Positions 1-8,717 of a stretch of 32,000 bases of DNA are shown in pieces. The stretch is from Staphylothermus hellenicus DSM 12710 (GTDB lineage: Archaea > Thermoproteota > Thermoprotei_A > Sulfolobales > Desulfurococcaceae). The notes beneath the pieces were generated by a model that had not been told where the DNA came from, ran no database searches, and saw only the letters and a program-made list of their open reading frames with translations. The stretch covers positions 690,001-722,000 of the forward strand of contig NC_014205.1 in NCBI RefSeq assembly GCF_000092465.1. Reading direction: 5' to 3'. The first letter of the stretch is position 1; every line of letters starts with the position of its first letter. The position numbers were made by a program, and so were the translations under genes.

Positions 1-2
1 AT

Positions 3-824
3 AGGATACTTAGAGCTCTTAGAAGAATAGATTTCATAGTTGTACAAGATATATTTCTAACTGAAACTGCGAGAGAAGCAGACCTAGTATTGCCTGCTTC
101 TCTATGGGCTGAAAAAACGGGAACTATGACAAATACTGAGAGAAGAGTCCAGCTTATCGATAAAATAGTTGATCCGCCTGGAGAGGCTAGGTCCGATATT
201 GATATATTGTTAATGATATATAAGGAGCTCGGAATCACACCCTTATATAATGGGCCTAAAGAAGTATTTGAAGAAATACGTAGAGTAGTGCCAGCTTATC
301 ACGGCATAACATATGAGAGACTAATAAGTAATAGATATGGAATACAATGGCCTTGTCCAGACGAAAAACATCCTGGAACCCCAATATTACATGTAGAGAA
401 ATTTCCTACACCAGATGGTAGAGCCAGAATTATACCTGTAAAACCGGAAATTACTGTTAAAACAACTAAGGATTACCCATATATATTAATAAATGGTAGA
501 TTAATATCGCATTACAACACGGGAACAATGACTAGAAGAATATTGGAACTATTATTGAAAGAGAGCTCCTCAATTCTAATTATTAGCCCTGAGGACGCTG
601 AAAAGCTTAATTTATTGGATAGAGACGTGGTGGAACTAGAAACTCCATATGGCAAGGAAAGAATAAAGGTAAGGATTTCGCCAGAGGTGCCTCCAGGAGT
701 ATTGTTCGTTCCTAACCACTTCGTTGATCCACCAGTTAACTCTGTTACCGGAGACATAATCGACCAAGAGTCAGGTATACCGGAATATAAAGGAATACCG
801 GCCAGAATCAATGTTCTAAAATAA
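3..824 (+). CDS. Molybdopterin oxidoreductase catalytic subunit, C-terminal portion (formate dehydrogenase alpha-like); 5' end outside window
   Basis: Frame 3 is open from base 3 (RILRALRRIDFIVVQDIFLTETAREADLVLPASLWAEKTGTMTNTERRVQ...). The ORF-track TTG start at 90 is therefore a window-edge artefact. The sequence resembles the C-terminal molybdopterin-dinucleotide-binding domain region of the DMSO reductase/formate dehydrogenase superfamily. A MobA gene lies adjacent. Confidence 0.75.
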   Translation, partial: RILRALRRIDFIVVQDIFLTETAREADLVLPASLWAEKTGTMTNTERRVQLIDKIVDPPGEARSDIDILLMIYKELGITPLYNGPKEVFEEIRRVVPAYHGITYERLISNRYGIQWPCPDEKHPGTPILHVEKFPTPDGRARIIPVKPEITVKTTKDYPYILINGRLISHYNTGTMTRRILELLLKESSSILIISPEDAEKLNLLDRDVVELETPYGKERIKVRISPEVPPGVLFVPNHFVDPPVNSVTGDIIDQESGIPEYKGIPARINVLK

Positions 825-841
825 CTTTTTATAGTTTGTAA

Positions 842-1513
842 CTAGGACCTCTCACGGTATATGAGACATTCAAGACAGGGCTCAGGTAGTTTTTTGATTA
901 ATCCTTCCTCAACACATCTAATATCATCTCGAGTATTAACATTATATACACTAAGCTTTTGTTCAAGCGGGTAATCATCTAGATACAGTATTTTCTTATT
1001 ATCCAACTTGTTGATTAACCTAGTAATACTTAGTTCTCCACAACTAATACTTTTCTCAAAAACTGATAATAATTCCCCAGAATAAATTGCATGTAAGGGT
1101 TCGAGGAAACCTTTCCTCCAGCCCGGAACTAGAGCTAAGAACTTGTTTTCAATCCATATATTAAGCATTTCTATGAGAAGCTCTCTATTTAGACATGGCA
1201 TGTCTCCGCCGAAGACGAAAACATCTCCAAGATTCTTTAATGCTATATAGATACCTGATATAGGGCCTTTCAATATATCATCGATCAATACATTACTTAA
1301 TCCTATCTTCCTCAGCAACACCGCATTATGAGGGCTTGCTATAAAAAATATATTTTCTTCGTCGAAGATGCTTATGAGTCTCTCATAAACATATAGTATG
1401 AGGGGCTTTCCATTTATTGTATAGAATAGTTTGTTGCTGCCAAATCTAGTTGATAAGCCACCGGCAAGTACCGCTATCTTTAACTTCCCCATATCATCAA
1501 TAGCCTCAGCCAT
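842..1513 (-). CDS. mobA: Molybdenum cofactor guanylyltransferase (MobA-like NTP transferase)
   Basis: N-terminal KIAVLAGGLSTRFGSNK nucleotide-binding motif typical of MobA-like nucleotidyltransferases. About 220 aa. Convergent with a molybdoenzyme gene, 17 nt away. Confidence 0.7.
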   Translation of the reverse strand: MAEAIDDMGKLKIAVLAGGLSTRFGSNKLFYTINGKPLILYVYERLISIFDEENIFFIASPHNAVLLRKIGLSNVLIDDILKGPISGIYIALKNLGDVFVFGGDMPCLNRELLIEMLNIWIENKFLALVPGWRKGFLEPLHAIYSGELLSVFEKSISCGELSITRLINKLDNKKILYLDDYPLEQKLSVYNVNTRDDIRCVEEGLIKKLPEPCLECLIYRERS

Positions 1514-1787
1514 TCATTATCAACATCTATTATACTATTAATCATTTATTTTATACTTAGCATACATTATAACTAGGAGAAGCTTCATATGAGAATAGCT
1601 GATTACTCAATACTTGACTTCTATGAGGAGATGATTAATTTAAACATCGAATATATCAAATCAATCAATAATTAAGCAGGGAGGAGAATATTGGATAAGA
1701 GAAATGCTATTGTAGAAAGGGGCTCTAAGCGGTACTGGAGAATAATGTGAGATAAGAGATGAAAATAAAATATTTCTATATTATATT

Positions 1788-3338
1788 TTAGAGTAGATAC
1801 CTCCACACGCCTCTTCCACGATAACTATAAACTATTGTTTTCCATGCTGTTACTTCTTCTATACTATATCCTATTCCTTCTCTTCCTATGCCTGAATCTT
1901 TTCTGCCTCCAAATGGATAGTATCCTATTCCGTGTCTTGGATATTCATTGATATATATGGCTCCGACTTCGAGGAATCTTATTAGTTTCCTGATTTTATT
2001 GATGTCCTTACCAAATATTGCCGCGTCTAAGCCGTATCTTCTTTTATTGACTATACCTATTGCTTCGTCAATGTTTTCAATAGGTAATATCAACGCTACA
2101 GGCGCGAATACTTCATCAACGAAAAGTTTTGTCTTAAGTAGTTCATTTTTATCTGTAAACTCTATTAGTGTGGGTTCCATGTATGTTTCGCCGAGTCTTT
2201 TTCCACCATATACTTTTTTTCCACCTTTATTTACAGCGTCCTCTATGGCTTTCATCGCGTTGTCAACAGCATGTTTTGATATTAGGGGGCCAACACTATA
2301 TGCTGGACAGCGAGGATCGCCTACCTTATACTTTCCAAGCTCCTCTATGAGATTGGCCTTGAAATCTTCATAGACAGGTTTTTCAACTAGTATAAGTTTT
2401 ATTGCATCACATCTTTGCCCAGCATAGCTTGTAATTCCCACTGCAACATTTCCCGCTGCATGTTCAATATCTGTATCGCTAAGCACTATTGCAGGGTCTC
2501 CGCCTCCAAGTTCTAATACATACTTCTTTATCCCGCCAGTTCTCATCACTTCTAATCCTGTCTCTGTACTCCCAGTGAAGCTTATTGCTCCTATTCTTCT
2601 ATCCGGCAGTATTTCTCTCATCTCTGATCCCTTGATTGTTAATAATGCGAATGCTTCCTTCGGAAACCCTGCTTCTTCAAGTAGTTTGACAAATAAGATA
2701 ACAGGTATTGGGTCAAGTGATGAAGGCTTTAACAAGACAGCGTTTCCAGCTACAAAGCTATACGTAAACTTATTAGCTGTGTCGAAGAGAGGATAATTAA
2801 ATGGTGTAATAGCTAATACTATTCCATAAGGCTCCTTACGCACTATCCCTTCAGACTCTAATGTTAGCTGGCTCCAATCACCAGGAATATACTCGCCCAT
2901 AAGCCTTCTAAGATCCATTTTAGCTTTTCGCAGTCTCTCAATAGATGCATTAACTTCTCCCCTTGCTTGCGAATATGTCTTACCACTATCGATAACTAAT
3001 GCTTCAACTATGTCATCTCGGTGATGAGATAATAGATCAGCAAGTTTCTCTAATAGATCAAGCCTTCGATCACCTGGCGTGTCACGGACAGCCCACCTAC
3101 CTTTACTGTACATTTTATCAATGGTTTTATGAACAAGTTCGAGCGAGGGCTTGCTGACAAGAGCTATTAATGATCCATCAATTGGTGAATGAACCTCTAA
3201 ATAATCACCGCTATCTATCCATTGACCATCGATGAAGGTTTTAAAGACGAGTACACCATCTTCGCGGACACGGTAAATGTTCTTGAATAGATTATCTTTA
3301 AGGTCTAGAATAACATTATCCATAAGGATACACCCCAT
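1788..3338 (-). CDS. gapN: Non-phosphorylating glyceraldehyde-3-phosphate dehydrogenase (GAPN), aldehyde dehydrogenase superfamily
   Basis: ALDH catalytic motifs are present: ELGGGDP (Glu) and YAGQRCDAIK (Cys). Long stretches match my recollection of Thermoproteus tenax GAPN (ITPFNYPLFD, LEVGAIYINEYPRHGIGYYPFGGRKDSG). The start may be the ATG at 3338 or the Met 5 codons downstream (MDNVIL). Confidence 0.85.
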   Translation of the reverse strand: MGCILMDNVILDLKDNLFKNIYRVREDGVLVFKTFIDGQWIDSGDYLEVHSPIDGSLIALVSKPSLELVHKTIDKMYSKGRWAVRDTPGDRRLDLLEKLADLLSHHRDDIVEALVIDSGKTYSQARGEVNASIERLRKAKMDLRRLMGEYIPGDWSQLTLESEGIVRKEPYGIVLAITPFNYPLFDTANKFTYSFVAGNAVLLKPSSLDPIPVILFVKLLEEAGFPKEAFALLTIKGSEMREILPDRRIGAISFTGSTETGLEVMRTGGIKKYVLELGGGDPAIVLSDTDIEHAAGNVAVGITSYAGQRCDAIKLILVEKPVYEDFKANLIEELGKYKVGDPRCPAYSVGPLISKHAVDNAMKAIEDAVNKGGKKVYGGKRLGETYMEPTLIEFTDKNELLKTKLFVDEVFAPVALILPIENIDEAIGIVNKRRYGLDAAIFGKDINKIRKLIRFLEVGAIYINEYPRHGIGYYPFGGRKDSGIGREGIGYSIEEVTAWKTIVYSYRGRGVWRYLL

Positions 3339-3440
3339 AGAAGTGGTCTAAAAATAATTATTTAATTAACACCTAATAAACATGTGGTTATATATGCTAT
3401 TATAATTTATAAAAACCAAGAGTAAATCCTAGGAATATGT

Positions 3441-4679
3441 TTAAACCATTTTAGCCAGAAGATCTAAGTAGTTCTCTATATGTCTCACAATAGTAAAGTT
3501 TTTCAGAACGTGTCTATATCCATTATCTCCTAGCTCCTTTCTTTTCTGTGGGTTTTTAATTAAATATATTGTTTTCTTAGCGGCTTCCTCAACGGTTTCC
3601 ACAAGATACCCTGTTACACCATCGATAACTTGAAGCTTTATTCCTCCTCGTGGTCTAGCAACTACTGGTTTTCTTTTCCATAATGCCTCTGTTACAGCTA
3701 ATCCGAATCCTTCTCTTTTACTCATTTGTAAAACAACAGTAGCAGCTCTTTGGAAAGCATTAACTTCTAATGCACCAACCCCCTTGAGATTTGTAAGAAT
3801 AAATATGTCTTCATCCATACCTGCATATCTAAGTGTTTTTTCATAGTATATCCATCCCTCAGGATCATCTGTTGCCATGCTTGTTACAAGTAGTAGCTGT
3901 GTAGATGGAAATTCTTTTTTAACTAATCTATACACATCTATTGCTGCAAAAGGATCCTTCCATGGATCAAATCTTGCTACTTGTAATAATATAGGTTTCT
4001 CGGGATCAACTCCGTATCTATTAAGTATTTTTTCAATAGTGCTCCACGCAAGCTCCTTATTCTTATCACTTAATGGGTCTATTGAGGGGGGCATAACATA
4101 TTTTATAGGTGTAGGTGTTTCGGGATGTATATATTCTTTTAAATGGAAAATTGATGCTTCGTATCCTTTTAATAACTGTGATATAAATAACCATACCGGC
4201 TTATATGGCGTGCTTAAATCTATGTGGCACCTCCAAATCCATCTCTTATTGCTTTCCACGAATCTTCTTATGGGAAGGGGCTGTGGATCATGGACTATTA
4301 TATGTGTAGAATCAAGAGCGAGTTCGTTTTCAACGTTCCACTTATTTTTTTCTAGATATATCTTCTTCTCTTCATCGCTAAGCTCTATTTCTGCGCCCTG
4401 TAGTGCGTTATGTATTTTTTTAGTAACATTGAAGAATTCATTATCTCCTTTAATAACCTCCCATTTAGTCGTTATACCTATACTATTCATTAACGGGACA
4501 AGGTTGTAGAGTATCTCTGCTACTCCTCCACCCAGACTTGTAGAATTCACATGTGTTAATGTGATGTCTCCGAGTTTTTCTGCTTTTTCAATTATTCTAT
4601 TAATGTCTTCTTCACTATATATTGAAATGTAATCCTTTATGTTTCTATGTGGTAATTCATGTATTATCATGTAGACCAC
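3441..4679 (-). CDS. treT: Trehalose glycosyltransferring synthase TreT (GT4 glycosyltransferase)
   Basis: Blocks characteristic of Thermococcales TreT as I recall it: HVNSTSLGGGVAEIL, FFNVTKKIHNALQG, WRCHIDLS, MPPSIDPLSDKN, RFDPWKD, DDPEGWIYYEKT, NAFQRA..LQMS.REGFGL.VTEA.WK.KPV. 412 aa. Next to trmB and a sugar ABC transporter. Confidence 0.88.
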   Translation of the reverse strand: MVYMIIHELPHRNIKDYISIYSEEDINRIIEKAEKLGDITLTHVNSTSLGGGVAEILYNLVPLMNSIGITTKWEVIKGDNEFFNVTKKIHNALQGAEIELSDEEKKIYLEKNKWNVENELALDSTHIIVHDPQPLPIRRFVESNKRWIWRCHIDLSTPYKPVWLFISQLLKGYEASIFHLKEYIHPETPTPIKYVMPPSIDPLSDKNKELAWSTIEKILNRYGVDPEKPILLQVARFDPWKDPFAAIDVYRLVKKEFPSTQLLLVTSMATDDPEGWIYYEKTLRYAGMDEDIFILTNLKGVGALEVNAFQRAATVVLQMSKREGFGLAVTEALWKRKPVVARPRGGIKLQVIDGVTGYLVETVEEAAKKTIYLIKNPQKRKELGDNGYRHVLKNFTIVRHIENYLDLLAKMV

Positions 4680-4700
4680 AACCTGTAAGCGGCTCGGTAC

Positions 4701-4753
4701 ATTAATATATTTTTGTTGATGTAGTATATAGAGGTTTCCGAGAATTTATCACT
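4701..4753. promoter_or_regulatory. Divergent treT/trmB promoter region with TATA-like boxes and an ATTTATCACT motif
   Basis: The 100-nt divergent intergenic region holds three elements. ATTAATATATTTTT (4701-4714) sits about 25-35 nt upstream of the treT start. GTATATAG (4723-4730) is about 50 nt upstream of the trmB ATG. ATTTATCACT (4744-4753) lies between the TATA-like box and the trmB start. Positions were read by eye and no transcription start data exist. Confidence 0.3.
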
Positions 4754-4779
4754 CGAAAGAAGTAAATTTGGGGATATAG

Positions 4780-5829
4780 ATGAGTTCAGGGGATGCAAGA
4801 GAACTGATCTTCAAATATTTAGAATTCATTGGAATCAAAGGATATGAAGCAAAAGCATATCTAACACTATTAAAGTATGGAGAAGAAACAGCTCCCAAAC
4901 TAGCTACACGTGCAGGAATACCTTTGCCTAGAATATACGATGTTCTCGAGACACTTTCTAGGAAAGGGCTTGTTGAAGTAAAAGCTGGTAGGCCACGAAT
5001 ATACAGAGCTCTTCCCCCAAGTTTAGCTCTAACAAGATATGTTAAATCATATATTGAAGAAGTACTTGAAATGAATAAGCGGATAATGAATGAGTTAGAG
5101 AAAATATATGGTAGTAGGGAGAGCCATGAACCATATATTTGGTTATCTCATAGTTTAGAGGCTAGTATTGAGAGAACACGTGAATGGATCAAGAAAATGA
5201 GAGTTGATGGTTATGCGTCGCTGAATAATAATTTGGTCAAAGAACTAGCTTCTACGCTAGGCAGGAAGTTGAAAAATAATAAAGAGATAACGTTTAGCTT
5301 AACATTATTAGAAAAGCCGAAAAAGAATACTTATGAAGAACTCGAAAAAATAGATAATCTAATGATCCTGCTTCAACCAACTGGGTTTATAAACATGTAT
5401 GAACAGGATCTCAGCCATGCAGCATTATTTGGCGACAACTACACTCTTTTTACTACCGAGAACGAGTTATTAATAATATTAAATGATACATACTATTATG
5501 GTTATTGGCGGAGCGCGGAAATATTGAAACCCCTGAACATTAAGAGAGGAGACACATATAAAACAATGCATCAATGGTTAGCGGTTTCAATAATAAAGGA
5601 CGCGCTCAGCCAAGGCTATACAGTAGAACTATATGTTACAGGCTATCGGGCTAGAGATAGGAAACCAGTAGAGATCAAGGGATACGCTAAAAGCGTTTAT
5701 AAGAGCGCAGATGATAGGACAAGAACAATATATATAGAAACACCTAGAGGGGAAAAAGTCTCAGTAGGAGGTATAGGTGCTAGCAGGGAAGATGTTGAGG
5801 CCAGGTTTATGGAGATAAAAATTACCTAG
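4780..5829 (+). CDS. trmB: TrmB-family sugar-responsive transcriptional regulator
   Basis: N-terminal winged-helix region typical of TrmB (GIKGYEAKAYLTLLKYGEETAPKLATRAGIPLPRIYDVLETLSRKGLVEV...GRPRIY). About 350 aa with a C-terminal sugar-binding-size domain. Context is identical to the Thermococcales trehalose/maltose regulon. Confidence 0.85.
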   Translation: MSSGDARELIFKYLEFIGIKGYEAKAYLTLLKYGEETAPKLATRAGIPLPRIYDVLETLSRKGLVEVKAGRPRIYRALPPSLALTRYVKSYIEEVLEMNKRIMNELEKIYGSRESHEPYIWLSHSLEASIERTREWIKKMRVDGYASLNNNLVKELASTLGRKLKNNKEITFSLTLLEKPKKNTYEELEKIDNLMILLQPTGFINMYEQDLSHAALFGDNYTLFTTENELLIILNDTYYYGYWRSAEILKPLNIKRGDTYKTMHQWLAVSIIKDALSQGYTVELYVTGYRARDRKPVEIKGYAKSVYKSADDRTRTIYIETPRGEKVSVGGIGASREDVEARFMEIKIT

Positions 5830-6899
5830 AACTTAATCGTTTCCAATCTTTCCCCATTGGGTGCGAACACATGTAACCTACTTATTCTTATAGTTGCTAG
5901 ATCACCATGATCTATTTTTGTCTCCAACAAGACACGAATCGATAATCCGTTTCCAAGATCTATTTTTGCATATCTTCTAGAACCAACATATTCTATAATT
6001 GCAACTTTGCCAACAAGATGTCCCTCATCACCTTGTTTAAGAGCTACTGCTTCATCAGGTCTTATACCAATATATAGCTCACTATATTTGCCCTCATATT
6101 TCTTGCTAAGCCCTAGTTGTTCCAGTATTCTATGATTAACTGGTAATTTATAGATATTCATTGGTGGATCACCTATGAAGTTAGCTATGAAGACGTTTGC
6201 AGGCTCATTATATAATTCTTCTGGGGAACCCATTTGCTGTGTTTCACCATTTCTAAGAACCATTACTCTATCTCCAACAGCAAAAGCATCCGCTTGATCA
6301 TGTGTTACTAGGATCGTTGTTATTCCAAGTTTCTTCTGTATTTCCTTAACAAATTCCCTCGCAGTTACGCGGATTCGTGCATCAAGATTGCTGAAAGGCT
6401 CATCTAATAATAATATATCTGGTTGTTTAACCAGTGCCCGAGCAACAGCTACTCTCTGCTGTTGCCCGCCAGACATGTGTCCAGGTTTGCGATCCAATAA
6501 ATCAGCGATGCCTAGTGCTTCAGCTACTTCCTTCACTTTCTTATCTATTTCTTCTCGTGGAAGCTTTTTTAGTTTTAGTGGAAAAGCTATGTTATCATAA
6601 GCTGTCATGTGAGGATATAGTGCCCAGTTCTGGAAAACCATGCCGATGTTTCTATCTCTTGGCTCAACAAATATTCCCTTCTCTGCATCAACAACTATTT
6701 TATCACCAATTACTACTCTTCCCTTAGTAGGAACTTCTAATCCAGCAATTATTCTTAATAAAGTTGTTTTACCAGAGCCTGAAGGACCAAGTATTACATA
6801 GAACTCTCCGGGCTTTATCTCTACATTGATATTTTTTAATGCCACCACGTTGGGTGGGAAAATTTTCCATAAATTCTCTATTTTCACGCCTTTAACCAT
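5826..6899 (-). CDS. malK: Sugar ABC transporter ATP-binding subunit (MalK-like)
   Basis: Walker A GPSGSGKTT, signature MSGGQQQRVAVARAL, Walker B ILLLDEPFSNLD, H-loop VTHD. A C-terminal regulatory/TOBE-size extension is present. The 4-nt overlap with the convergent trmB end is seen in the coordinates. Confidence 0.85.
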   Translation of the reverse strand: MVKGVKIENLWKIFPPNVVALKNINVEIKPGEFYVILGPSGSGKTTLLRIIAGLEVPTKGRVVIGDKIVVDAEKGIFVEPRDRNIGMVFQNWALYPHMTAYDNIAFPLKLKKLPREEIDKKVKEVAEALGIADLLDRKPGHMSGGQQQRVAVARALVKQPDILLLDEPFSNLDARIRVTAREFVKEIQKKLGITTILVTHDQADAFAVGDRVMVLRNGETQQMGSPEELYNEPANVFIANFIGDPPMNIYKLPVNHRILEQLGLSKKYEGKYSELYIGIRPDEAVALKQGDEGHLVGKVAIIEYVGSRRYAKIDLGNGLSIRVLLETKIDHGDLATIRISRLHVFAPNGERLETIKF

Positions 6900-6906
6900 G
6901 TATTAT

Positions 6907-7779
6907 TCACCTCTTCATAGCCCATCCTCTAAAACCTCTCATATAGTATTTATTGAAGAAAGCATATACTAGGAGAGGGACAATCATAGCAATTATCGAG
7001 CCGGCTGAGAGAAGCCCCCAATCCACTTGGTATTGCCCCTTCAATCTTGGAAGCATTTGTGTAACAACCATTTTGTTAGGATCAAATATTAGCATTAAAG
7101 CGAAGAAGAAATCGTTCCAAACCCATGCGAATTGTAGAACCGAGGCAGAAATTATTCCGGGCAGAGACAATGGTAAAACTACTTTTGTAAAAACCTGGAA
7201 ATCATTGGCTCCATCAACTCTTGCCGCTTCCTCTAATTCAACGGGTAGCAGAGAGAAATAGTTTCTAAGGAAAAAAGTGATCCATGGGATCCCCCACGAT
7301 GAATGTACAAGTATTAATCCCAGATAAGTATTGAGTAAATGCATGTCTTTTAATAGGAAAAATATTGGTATAATAGTCATTTGCTGTGGGACAGCCATTA
7401 AGAACAATATTGTTGCAAACAAGTATTTCTTCATAGGTAGACTGAAACGAGCAAAAGCATAAGCTGTTAATGCAGCTACAAATACTGGTATAAGAGTGCT
7501 TGGTACAGCTATGATAAACGAATTAATTATTCCCCTAGATAATGAAAACATAGGGTGAAATAAGGCATTATAGTAGTTTTTCAATGTAGGATTAAATGGT
7601 GATAAAGCCCACCAACCATACAGTACTACTTCTCTATAAGGCCTTATAGAAGTCATGAATAATCCTATAAATGGCGTTATCCACAATATACCAATTATCC
7701 ATGCAACAATGTTTAGAACCAATAATTTAACTGGTGATCCTATAAGACCAGTTCTCCTGAAACGGAACAGCTTCTTCAC
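6907..7779 (-). CDS. malG: Sugar ABC transporter permease (MalG-like)
   Basis: Multi-pass hydrophobic protein with the EAA loop EEAARVDGANDFQVFTKVVLPL. Overlaps the upstream permease gene by 4 nt. Confidence 0.8.
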   Translation of the reverse strand: MKKLFRFRRTGLIGSPVKLLVLNIVAWIIGILWITPFIGLFMTSIRPYREVVLYGWWALSPFNPTLKNYYNALFHPMFSLSRGIINSFIIAVPSTLIPVFVAALTAYAFARFSLPMKKYLFATILFLMAVPQQMTIIPIFFLLKDMHLLNTYLGLILVHSSWGIPWITFFLRNYFSLLPVELEEAARVDGANDFQVFTKVVLPLSLPGIISASVLQFAWVWNDFFFALMLIFDPNKMVVTQMLPRLKGQYQVDWGLLSAGSIIAMIVPLLVYAFFNKYYMRGFRGWAMKR

Positions 7780-8693
7780 GTTCTCTCACCCTGCAAGGTA
7801 GCTTTAATCCATAATATAACTACTGGAATTATTATGATCGTTAATATTGTGGCTACCGTAGCTGACATTGCATAGTCTCCTAAACGAGCAAAATACTCCC
7901 ACATTAAAAGTGCTAGAACTGTGGATGCACCTCCCGGGCCTCCCTGTGTAGCAGCATATACTATGTCGAAGATTTTGAGATCCCATAGAATAGTCATGGC
8001 TACAACCGTTAATGTTACAGGTCTAAGCAATGGAATAATTACTTTAAACAATATTGTTTTGAAATCGGCGCCATCAACAATTGCCGCCTCTATAACTTCT
8101 CTCGGTATAGATGATAGACCGGCTGAGTACATTGTTACAGTGAAGCCGCTCCATAACCAGACGGATCCTAGTATTAGTGAGAATAAGGCTGTATCGGGGT
8201 AAATTGTCCAAGTCCTAACAAATGATCCCAAACCTATGGCTTTGAGAAGAATATTTACTACTCCTAAATCTTTATCAAAACTAAATGAAATAAGTAGTCC
8301 TCCAACTATCATGGGTATAACCATTCCTATAAAAACGAATGATCTTATAATGCTTCCGCCTTTAATGTATTGGAGATAAACAGCGAATAAAATACCTATG
8401 ATAAGTGTTAATGGTAAATGTATTACTAGCCATATAATATTGTGTACTATTGCGCCCATGGGAAACGTATGTGTTTTTATTCCTTCTAAATTAATGAACC
8501 GCTTATCGGTTACAACCTTGTAGTAGTTCTCTAAACCTGAAGTCCTATTTACTATATTTACTCCGGGAACAACATTTACGTTAAAGCTAAGCATTATGGT
8601 TGCGAAAATAGGGTAAACAACGAATATAAGGATGAGAATGATGGCCGGTATTAAAAAAGATGATCGGATTGGATTTAGCCTATACATACTCAT
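7776..8693 (-). CDS. malF: Sugar ABC transporter permease (MalF-like)
   Basis: Multi-pass hydrophobic protein with the EAA loop IEAAIVDGADFKTILFKVIIPL. Operonic with the binding-protein and MalG-like genes. Confidence 0.8.
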   Translation of the reverse strand: MSMYRLNPIRSSFLIPAIILILIFVVYPIFATIMLSFNVNVVPGVNIVNRTSGLENYYKVVTDKRFINLEGIKTHTFPMGAIVHNIIWLVIHLPLTLIIGILFAVYLQYIKGGSIIRSFVFIGMVIPMIVGGLLISFSFDKDLGVVNILLKAIGLGSFVRTWTIYPDTALFSLILGSVWLWSGFTVTMYSAGLSSIPREVIEAAIVDGADFKTILFKVIIPLLRPVTLTVVAMTILWDLKIFDIVYAATQGGPGGASTVLALLMWEYFARLGDYAMSATVATILTIIIIPVVILWIKATLQGERT

Positions 8694-8717
8694 TTTACCT
8701 ATATCCCCTTAGCTCTA

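Noticed and set aside
1589-1675. 28-codon ORF (MRIADYSILDFYEEMINLNIEYIKSINN), preceded by AGGAGA, in the mobA/gapN intergenic region
   Set aside because: It is too short to support from sequence alone and I recognise no homology. It could be a real small protein, but there is no evidence beyond a Shine-Dalgarno-like hexamer.
3877-4509. A 210-aa plus-strand ORF antisense to treT, and similar antisense ORFs inside gapN, malK, malE, the DapB-like gene, nurA, herA, mre11 and ileS
   Set aside because: Each is fully nested in a well-supported gene on the other strand. They have no recognisable motifs and are a typical by-product of codon bias suppressing antisense stops.
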